Shown: positions 48,460 through 55,571 of the stretch, in pieces
Layout of the letters: each line of letters starts with the position of its first letter
Numbering within the stretch: the first letter of the stretch is position 1
Origin: a virus
Length of the DNA: 64,000 nt
IMG/VR virus record: IMGVR_UViG_3300045253_000023
Location: 1-64,000 of that record
Direction: 5' to 3' (one strand)
Translations under genes and position numbers: made by a program
Notes under the pieces: generated by a model
Database searches by the model: none
Told to the model about the DNA's origin: nothing
The model's input: the letters and a program-made list of their open reading frames with translations, nothing else

Positions 48460-50219
48460 TTCGGTTTACAAATATCAAGGTTCGCAACTTCATGTCGGTG
48501 GGCAACAAGTGGATGGGTTATGACTTTGCTGAGGGTCAAAGCTATCTGGTGACGGGCAAGAATGGAGTAGGCAAGAGCATCATCCTGTTAGATGGTCTCA
48601 TGTTTGCTTTGTTCAACAAAGCCTTTCGCAACATCAATCTGGGTCAGCTGGTCAATTCAATCAACAACAAAGAGTGTCAAGCTGAAGTTGAGTTTGAGAT
48701 TGGCAAAACCACATACAAGATTGAGCGTGGCATCAAGCCCACTTATCTGAACATCTACATCAATGGCAAACTCAAGACGAAAGATGGCGACTTGCCATCG
48801 TATCAGAAGTTCCTTGAGTCCCAAATCTTGCGCATGAATGAAAAGACATTCAAGCAGATTGTGGTGTTGGGTTCCAAAGAATACACTCCCTTCATGAAGC
48901 TGTTCAAAGCAGACAGACGCATTGTTGTGGAAGACCTATTGTCTCTGACCATCTTCCAACAGATGGCAACAGTAGTCCAAGCACGCCAGAAATCACTGAT
49001 GCAAGAGTCGCAAACACTGGCCACTGAGCTTCGGTTTGTTCAGAAGAGCATTGATGAAACAAAAGATTTCATCAACACCTTGCGCTCATCTGGGGATGAA
49101 TACGTCAGCAACAAGCAGAAAGATATTGAGAAGCACCGTCTCAAGATGGATGAGCTCAAAGATCGTGTTGCTGAGAAGGAAGAACTGGTTGAAAAGGAAC
49201 GCAAGGGCGAAGACCTTGATGCGTTGTTTGATTCTGTGCAAGAGTCAAAGATGAAGTTGCTTGAGATGTCTTCTGTTGTCGAATCATCAATCAAACGCAT
49301 CAACGATGAACTGAACTTCTTTGCCAAGAATGATGTCTGTCCAAAGTGCCATCAAGATATCTCGCAAGAATTCAAAGACCATTTGAAGTGTGAGAATGAT
49401 GACAAGCTGCGAGACTTCCACAAGTGCATCGAGACTTCCAAAACACACACCATCAAACTCAATGATGACATTGATCAGATTCAGGCACGCATGGGCACGA
49501 TTCGCGATGCTCTGGATCAAGTACGCACACTGTATGCTGAGATACGTTCGCATGAGAACATCATCAACGTACTCAACACTGACATCAAGACGCATTCATC
49601 TCATTCTGATTCTGACTTGGCCACATTTGAACGCAAGCTGGCTGATCTGAATGATGACATGACTGCGAAGCGTCAGCGTGACATGGAGATCGTAGTTGAA
49701 GGTCGTCGCCTAAACTACATCTATGATATGGTGCGCGATGGTGGTATCCGTTCCAAAATCATTGATCAGTACCTGCCTGTCATCAACAAGTTGATTCGCA
49801 AGTATCTGGAGATCATGGAAAGCGATATTGACTTCTCATTTGATAGTGACTTCAAGGAGTCCATCAAGAGTCGTCATCGTGATGCCTTCACTTATGCCTC
49901 ATTTTCTGAAGGTCAGAAGCTGCGAATTGACCTTTGTTTGCTATTCACATGGCGTGAAATCTCTCGCATGCGCAACTCCTCAGCCACCAACCTGATTGTG
50001 TTTGATGAGATTGGTGACTCTTCACTTGATGCTGAAGGCTTTGAATGCTTCATGCGTATTTTGAAGGAAGAAAGTGAGAAACAATGCGTGATTATCATCT
50101 CACATACACCTGAGAAGATTGCTGGCAAAGTGGATCGCATCTATGAGTATGATCTGCATCGAGGCTTCACCAATTTGAAGAAACTGACAAACAACGCAAA
50201 TGAGGTATCACTGACATGA
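48456..50219 (+). CDS. gp46: Recombination ATPase subunit gp46 (Rad50/SbcC-like)
   Basis: GKNGVGKS, CPKCHQ zinc hook, FSEGQKLRIDL, VFDE, IISH. Confidence 0.97.
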   Translation: MIRFTNIKVRNFMSVGNKWMGYDFAEGQSYLVTGKNGVGKSIILLDGLMFALFNKAFRNINLGQLVNSINNKECQAEVEFEIGKTTYKIERGIKPTYLNIYINGKLKTKDGDLPSYQKFLESQILRMNEKTFKQIVVLGSKEYTPFMKLFKADRRIVVEDLLSLTIFQQMATVVQARQKSLMQESQTLATELRFVQKSIDETKDFINTLRSSGDEYVSNKQKDIEKHRLKMDELKDRVAEKEELVEKERKGEDLDALFDSVQESKMKLLEMSSVVESSIKRINDELNFFAKNDVCPKCHQDISQEFKDHLKCENDDKLRDFHKCIETSKTHTIKLNDDIDQIQARMGTIRDALDQVRTLYAEIRSHENIINVLNTDIKTHSSHSDSDLATFERKLADLNDDMTAKRQRDMEIVVEGRRLNYIYDMVRDGGIRSKIIDQYLPVINKLIRKYLEIMESDIDFSFDSDFKESIKSRHRDAFTYASFSEGQKLRIDLCLLFTWREISRMRNSSATNLIVFDEIGDSSLDAEGFECFMRILKEESEKQCVIIISHTPEKIAGKVDRIYEYDLHRGFTNLKKLTNNANEVSLT

Positions 50220-50668
50220 GTGGATTCATCACATTGAAATGTAATTTCATGGTGGATCAACCCACCATCAACAACCGCATCTATCCTCGCGCAATGATGG
50301 AATCTGCCATCAAAGAGTACCTGACCAACGGTAGTCGCGCGGGTGAGCTCCTTGCTTATTCAAATGGAAAGGAGTTTGGAGCATCTACCAACTTGAGAGC
50401 AGCTAGTCATGTTGTTCAAGATGTTCATCTTGAAGAAAATGGAGAAATCAAAGTTGATTTCAAGATACTCGACACAGCTGCTGGGAGAATGGTCGAAGCT
50501 CTTTTAATTGAGGTGCCTGGTTCACTTATGCCAAACATGATCATGGCTGGTAAGCTCAAACAGCACAAGAATGGTATGGGTGAATTGACTTCCTATTCTG
50601 AAGTCGAAGACCTCAAGGTGGCTTCGATTGATCTGTATTGTAAGCCATTGAATGAACAGAAAAGTTAA
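50216..50668 (+). CDS. Degenerate gp21-like (peptidase S77 fold) paralogue
   Basis: NNRIYP...GEL...SHVV...KILDTAAGRMV matches gp21, but GELGHP and GVSSRG are absent. Confidence 0.7.
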   Translation: MSGFITLKCNFMVDQPTINNRIYPRAMMESAIKEYLTNGSRAGELLAYSNGKEFGASTNLRAASHVVQDVHLEENGEIKVDFKILDTAAGRMVEALLIEVPGSLMPNMIMAGKLKQHKNGMGELTSYSEVEDLKVASIDLYCKPLNEQKS

Positions 50669-50674
50669 GAAGGC

Positions 50675-50703
50675 TTGACTTTTGTTTTCGTTCAAGGTAG
50701 ACT
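50675..50703 (+). promoter_or_regulatory. Sigma70-like promoter
   Basis: TTGACT-N17-TAGACT. Confidence 0.7.
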
Positions 50704-50738
50704 AACTCTGTCATCTATATTTGTTGAGGCTATGCATC

Positions 50739-50987
50739 ATGAGTACAACATTCCACGTCGACTTCATCGCTGACTGTGCGCAGAAAGTTCTTACGCGGTT
50801 CCCTGGAAATGATTCTGTAGAAAAGGCTCTCATTCTTCTGATGGTTGGTTTGTATGGTGTTACCTACAGCGATGAACAACTGGCATTGGCACTTCAGTTA
50901 GTTCATGATGAGAGTTTGACACCCGAGGAAAGCTATCAGAAAGCAAAGGCTGCTGGTCTTACTCATCAACACTTAACAGGAGCATAA
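50739..50987 (+). CDS. Hypothetical small protein
   Basis: GAGG SD before ATG 50739, downstream of a promoter. Confidence 0.6.
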   Translation: MSTTFHVDFIADCAQKVLTRFPGNDSVEKALILLMVGLYGVTYSDEQLALALQLVHDESLTPEESYQKAKAAGLTHQHLTGA

Positions 50988-50990
50988 TTC

Positions 50991-51209
50991 ATGGATTCAG
51001 CAGCAATCAAGATTCTGGAAGATGATACCAGACCAATTGAACAACTCAACAAGTTGTTCAATCCAACATTCGATGCATTTTCGAGATTCAGGTTCCGTGG
51101 TCGTCCATTGCGGACCATGCGCAAGCCTGAGTTGATTGAAGAACTCAAAACAGAAGCTGAGGCAAAGCGCGCTCGCCGCCGTGCCCGCAATCTGAGGATC
51201 GTAGCATGA
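50991..51209 (+). CDS. Hypothetical Arg-rich protein
   Basis: 72 aa, AGGAG SD, AEAKRARRRARNL tail. Confidence 0.65.
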   Translation: MDSAAIKILEDDTRPIEQLNKLFNPTFDAFSRFRFRGRPLRTMRKPELIEELKTEAEAKRARRRARNLRIVA

Positions 51210-51412
51210 AAGCAAAATTCTTCCTTGCCAACTTTGCATTAACTTGCATCACCATGTCATTCATTGCTCTTCTCTTCAAGATGCAAGGTCTTGATCAGTT
51301 GACGTGGCCCATGGTGTTGGGTCCAGTGATGCTTTGTGGCACAGTGTTCATCAGCCTGTTTGCTGTCATTGGGTTCTTGTTCTCATTTGGGTTCTTGACA
51401 GACGAAACGTAA
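51206..51412 (+). CDS. Small two-TM membrane protein
   Basis: ATGA overlap; hydrophobic F..FK..G....W..VL.P pattern. Confidence 0.7.
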   Translation: MKAKFFLANFALTCITMSFIALLFKMQGLDQLTWPMVLGPVMLCGTVFISLFAVIGFLFSFGFLTDET

Positions 51413-51440
51413 GTCAATGATCAATTGGAAAATTTAGTGC

Positions 51441-51469
51441 TTGACTTTTGCCTTCAAAGAGAGTAAGAT
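51441..51469 (+). promoter_or_regulatory. Sigma70-like promoter
   Basis: TTGACT-N17-TAAGAT. Confidence 0.7.
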
Positions 51470-51510
51470 AGCTCGTTGAGATAGACTTTTGTTGTTCACT
51501 GAGAGAGCAC

Positions 51511-51684
51511 ATGGCAACCACCCAGCAAACTGAAGCCAAGACCATAGCCAAGCGTATGGTTGAATTGAGCAAACGGTACGTGGCAAATCCGAATGACAAA
51601 AACTATGCGGAGTTTCATGCCTACATGAGCATCAAGAATGTCATGTTGGTCGCATTGCTGGCGCTAAATGAACTGGCTGAGTAA
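51511..51684 (+). CDS. Hypothetical 57-aa protein (not in ORF track)
   Basis: MATTQQTEAKTIAKRMVELSKRYVANPNDKNYAEFHAYMSIKNVMLVALLALNELAE, downstream of the promoter with a GAGAG SD. Confidence 0.55.
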   Translation: MATTQQTEAKTIAKRMVELSKRYVANPNDKNYAEFHAYMSIKNVMLVALLALNELAE

Positions 51685-51762
51685 GCCTTAATCTATCACC
51701 ACCCAAACCAAGGGAGTTTCAGTTCCCTTGATTTTCGTCATATTCCATACAGGAGTTTCATC

Positions 51763-52431
51763 ATGCAGTTATCTGAAAAGACCCTCACCGTTCTCAAGAA
51801 CTTTGCGAAGTTCAATGAAAACATCCTCATTGAGGAAGGTTCTGTCCTCAAGACAATGACAAACCAGAAGAACGTGTTTGCCACTGCCACCATTGAGGAA
51901 GAGTTTCCTCGTGAAGTGCCAATCTACAACCTGACTGAATTCCTCAATGCGCTTTCGTTGTTCAAGGCACCTGAACTTGAATTCGAAGATGCCTACATCG
52001 AGATCAAGGACACATCTGGACAGGGCATCAAGTATTTCTATGCTGACAAGAGTGTGTTGGCATATCCTGAGAAGGACATCGCCTTCAAGAAGAAGGACTT
52101 GGAGTTCAAGTTGACTGCGGTCAAACTTGAGAAGGTTCTGTTGGCAGCCCGTACATTGAACTTGCCAAATGTCACATTGGTCAATGATGGTGAGAAGTTG
52201 TTCCTTCGTGCCCATGATGCGGCCAATGCCACATCCAACAAGTTTGACGTCACCATCGATGACTTCGATGTTTCCGATGTCAAGGAATTCCAGGCTCACT
52301 TCAAGATGGAAAACCTGCGCTTGCTTGAACTGGATTATGATGTCGCTGTCAATCTTCAAGGCATTGCTTCTTTCAGCAATGAGAACTACAATCTGGTGTA
52401 TCTGATCGGATTGGCCACTGCCAAGAAGTAA
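51763..52431 (+). CDS. gp45: Sliding clamp gp45
   Basis: MQLSEKTLTVLKNFA, IYNLTEFL..LSLF, IKYFYAD, FKMENL. Confidence 0.95.
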   Translation: MQLSEKTLTVLKNFAKFNENILIEEGSVLKTMTNQKNVFATATIEEEFPREVPIYNLTEFLNALSLFKAPELEFEDAYIEIKDTSGQGIKYFYADKSVLAYPEKDIAFKKKDLEFKLTAVKLEKVLLAARTLNLPNVTLVNDGEKLFLRAHDAANATSNKFDVTIDDFDVSDVKEFQAHFKMENLRLLELDYDVAVNLQGIASFSNENYNLVYLIGLATAKK

Positions 52432-52501
52432 TCATTGCATCGGCACATAACTGGATCGCGCCGATTGTGATGGCGCGATCCATCACCAGAAGGAAGTCAT
52501 T

Positions 52502-53458
52502 ATGAGCAAGTTTGAAAAGAAACTTTGGGTTGAGAACTATCGTCCACAAACACTCAACGATGTGATTCTTCCGGAAACATTGAAGGCTGAGTTCCGAAAG
52601 TTTATCGAAGAGAAACAGGTGCCTCATTTGCTCCTTTCTGGACAAGCAGGCACTGGCAAGACCACTATGGCGCGTGTACTCGCAAACGAGATTGGCGCCG
52701 ACTTTTACATGATCAACGGCTCCAAGGAGTCAGGCATCGACACACTGCGCACGAAGGTCGTGTCGTATGCATCAACCACTTCTCTTGAACACCCAGGCCA
52801 GCCCAAGATTCTATTGATCGACGAGGCTGACTATCTGAACGCAAACTCATTCCAACCCGCATTGCGCGGCATCATGGAAGAAGTTTGGGAGAACTGTCGT
52901 TTCATCTTCACATGCAACTACAAGAACAGGCTGATTCCAGCCTTGCATTCTCGATGCACTGTGATTGACTTCTCATTCTCTGCCAATGACAAGATTGAGA
53001 TGATGGGCGCATTCATGTCTCGTTGCATGAAGATTCTGAAGGAAAACAATGTCAAATTCGATCCAAAGGTCTTGGCAGCATTCATCAAGAATCACTTCCC
53101 AGACATGCGTCGTACACTGAATGAGCTTCAACGCTATTCAACCTGTGGCACCATCGATGAAGGCATCCTGAAGGCATCAGGGCAAGACCTGATTGATCAG
53201 ATCGTGGTTTTCTTGAAGAACAAAAACTTCAAACAGATGCGCGATTGGGTTGACATGAATGAATCCATCGATGCTTCGGTGTTGTTCGACAAGCTGTATG
53301 ATGAACTCACTCCGTTCCTCGCTCCGCAATCTGTTCCAGACCTCATCCTGGTGTTGGATGACTATCAGAACAAGGCAGCCATTGTTGTGAATCAACGCAT
53401 CAATCTGGCTGCCTGTCTGACAACTCTGATGTCGACACTGGAGTTCAAAGCATCATGA
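52502..53458 (+). CDS. gp44: Clamp loader large subunit gp44
   Basis: WVENYRPQTL, GQAGTGKTT, IDEADYL, LHSRC, FPDMRR.LNELQRY. Confidence 0.97.
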   Translation: MSKFEKKLWVENYRPQTLNDVILPETLKAEFRKFIEEKQVPHLLLSGQAGTGKTTMARVLANEIGADFYMINGSKESGIDTLRTKVVSYASTTSLEHPGQPKILLIDEADYLNANSFQPALRGIMEEVWENCRFIFTCNYKNRLIPALHSRCTVIDFSFSANDKIEMMGAFMSRCMKILKENNVKFDPKVLAAFIKNHFPDMRRTLNELQRYSTCGTIDEGILKASGQDLIDQIVVFLKNKNFKQMRDWVDMNESIDASVLFDKLYDELTPFLAPQSVPDLILVLDDYQNKAAIVVNQRINLAACLTTLMSTLEFKAS

Positions 53459-53697
53459 AATCTGTCAAGAAAACTCCCAAAGTTGGCGACTTGAGGATAC
53501 GCAGAATATTCCTTTTCAAATCAAGGAATCTGCGTCGTTTTGAGGGCGGCATGGAAAAACGTTGGTTAGAATTTGCTGATGTGATTCAAGAATGGCAAGA
53601 GTGGACTGAGTGGGAATACACACCAGAAGGCGGCGAAACAGGCTACTATTCTGGATGGAAAGATATCGGATGGTGGGATGAGGAGCGAAACTTATGA
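53455..53697 (+). CDS. Hypothetical Trp-rich protein inserted between gp44 and gp62
   Basis: 80 aa with ATGA overlaps at both ends. Confidence 0.65.
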   Translation: MKSVKKTPKVGDLRIRRIFLFKSRNLRRFEGGMEKRWLEFADVIQEWQEWTEWEYTPEGGETGYYSGWKDIGWWDEERNL

Positions 53698-54104
53698 GTG
53701 AAATCAAACCAGCAACCATTTGGGAGCTGTTGAATGATATCACATCAGAGAAACGTGGCTTGTTTCACGAAGATGAAATGCACCAAAAGGCATACAACAT
53801 CTTCATCTTCAATCTGATGCTATCACAGCATCCTGATTGCATTCTCATCATCAATCAACTCAATGCCCATGGATCATTGTCCAAGAAGTGGCATCATGAT
53901 TTTCTGTTCCACAAGCTGCCACGTCGCAAGCGATTCGCGAAACTGGCAAAGCCTGAAGAAGATCAGAATCTTGACAATGTGATGGAAGTATTGAACCTGT
54001 CCCGAGAAAAGGCATCAGAAATGATGTTTGCTTTTTCCGCAGAAGATTTTGCGGAGATGGCAGCCTCGTTGGACAAAGGAGGAAGGCATCGTGGCACTAA
54101 GTAA
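53694..54104 (+). CDS. gp62: Clamp loader small subunit gp62
   Basis: YNIFIFN..LS...D......N, DFL...LPRRKRFAK..K, S.EKA, LDKGG. Confidence 0.9.
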   Translation: MSEIKPATIWELLNDITSEKRGLFHEDEMHQKAYNIFIFNLMLSQHPDCILIINQLNAHGSLSKKWHHDFLFHKLPRRKRFAKLAKPEEDQNLDNVMEVLNLSREKASEMMFAFSAEDFAEMAASLDKGGRHRGTK

Positions 54105-54144
54105 CTCTGATATCTACCTTCTCGATGACATAGGATGTAACATC

Positions 54145-54588
54145 ATGGATGATGTGTTTGAACGTTTTGGAATTCTTGAGGTTTCATTGGCCTCGCCTGA
54201 CGACTTCTTGAAGATCAAGGAGACGCTCACGCGCATTGGCATCCCATCCTTCAAGACAAAGACCCTCTATCAGTCCTGCCATATCTTTCACAAGCAGGGA
54301 CGCTATGGTATTGTCCATTTCAAAGAACTGTTTGCCCTTGATGGCAAGCCTTCGGAGATGACGGCTGATGATACTGAGCGCCGCAACCTGGTTGCCAAGC
54401 TGATTGTTGAATGGGGTCTCTGCAAGCCAGTGAACTTCGACATCGCCACATTTAATGTTGGCAATGCGTTCAACAAAACCAAGATCATCAAGTTCGGCGA
54501 GAAGCATGAATGGAAACTGGAGTCGAAGCATTCGCTCGGCAAGGTTTCATTGCGCGAAGAACCAAACCAAACAGGAAGACTGGCATGA
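54145..54588 (+). CDS. regA: Translational repressor RegA
   Basis: PDDFLKIKETLTRIGI, LYQSCHIFHKQGRYGIVHFKELFALDGK; start reassigned to ATG 54145. Confidence 0.97.
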   Translation: MDDVFERFGILEVSLASPDDFLKIKETLTRIGIPSFKTKTLYQSCHIFHKQGRYGIVHFKELFALDGKPSEMTADDTERRNLVAKLIVEWGLCKPVNFDIATFNVGNAFNKTKIIKFGEKHEWKLESKHSLGKVSLREEPNQTGRLA

Positions 54589-54824
54589 AGTTCAAACAAT
54601 CTGTAGAGCTCACAGAAAGCAGAAGCATCACGTTCTATGTCGAAGGCGCTGCTGAGGGTATCGACAAGAAATACAACGATCACGGACCAACCGTCAATTG
54701 GTCTGCTCTGGGCAGCGTTGAACTTCCTCAGGCAATAGCATTTGTCAAGTATCTTCAGAAGGCTATTGACACAGCCAAGTCACTCAAACCAGGTCAGCGA
54801 GAGAATTTGAATTTCAGCATTTAA
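54585..54824 (+). CDS. Small protein with capsid-targeting-like N-terminus
   Basis: ATGA overlap with regA; begins MKFKQSVELTE-S. Confidence 0.6.
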   Translation: MKFKQSVELTESRSITFYVEGAAEGIDKKYNDHGPTVNWSALGSVELPQAIAFVKYLQKAIDTAKSLKPGQRENLNFSI

Positions 54825-54839
54825 TATGGGGTATTCATT

Positions 54840-55508
54840 ATGGCAGTTGGAAACATTGAATCTGAGGACAAAGGCACAGCAGCACGTTACAATGACAACA
54901 AGATTGAATATGAGTTGATCCCAACTCATCTTCTTGAGTCCACTGCGCGCGTGTTCATGCATGGCAAGAAGAAATACAAAGCATGGAATTGGGCCAAGGG
55001 CATGCCATGGTCTGTTGTCATTGGTTGTATGAAACGTCATCTGGCAGCCATTGAGCGCGGCGAAGACTTTGACGTTGGCAAGAAGGGTTCAGGATTGCGC
55101 CACATTGGGCACATCATGTGCAACGCAATCATGCTTGAACATTACATGAACACCTTCCCCGAAGGTGATGATCGTCCAAAGTGGTTCAATGGCAAAGCGG
55201 AAGGATCGCTTGGTCAGAACGTTCCACTTGAGTCTGAAGATGAACCATCAGTGTTGGGTGGTGCTCTTGCAGAACATCCAGCACCAATGCCAGAAGAAGT
55301 TCAGAATCCAAAGATTTTGCGTTTGGATATTGGAACAATGACTGAGCAAGAAGCCACCAAGGCAATAGCCAAAATCCAAGGTGAATTGGATGACAGGCTT
55401 CTCAACAAATTGTTGGTCTCAACGAGCATTAAACCAACATTCCCATGTAACTCTGGAATCCCAGGGAACTACGAACATCCAACAGTTTCTGGTGGTGATT
55501 TAACCTGA
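54840..55508 (+). CDS. dATP/dGTP diphosphohydrolase-domain protein (DUF5664-like)
   Basis: RYNDNK..YELIP, VF.HG.KKY..WNW.KGM, RHL.A..RGEDFD..SGL.H..H..CN..ML, DDRP. Confidence 0.85.
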   Translation: MAVGNIESEDKGTAARYNDNKIEYELIPTHLLESTARVFMHGKKKYKAWNWAKGMPWSVVIGCMKRHLAAIERGEDFDVGKKGSGLRHIGHIMCNAIMLEHYMNTFPEGDDRPKWFNGKAEGSLGQNVPLESEDEPSVLGGALAEHPAPMPEEVQNPKILRLDIGTMTEQEATKAIAKIQGELDDRLLNKLLVSTSIKPTFPCNSGIPGNYEHPTVSGGDLT

Positions 55509-55511
55509 CCA

Positions 55512-55540
55512 TTGACTTTCCTCAACTATCCAGCTACACT
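55512..55540 (+). promoter_or_regulatory. Sigma70-like promoter (gp43)
   Basis: TTGACT-N17-TACACT. Confidence 0.7.
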
Positions 55541-55571
55541 AGCAGAGGCTGGAAGCAAATAGGAGTTCCTC

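Noticed and set aside
47251-54584. Extended N-termini given by the ORF track for gp47, regA and the 54510 ORF
   Set aside because: They overlap upstream genes extensively; downstream ATGs (47395, 54145, 54585) fit the SD or overlap pattern and family lengths better.
55529-55553. TCCAGC/GCTGGA hairpin as a T4-style gp43 autogenous operator
   Set aside because: The stem is short and its 5' arm lies upstream of the predicted -10 box, so it would be missing from that promoter's transcript; too weak to call.
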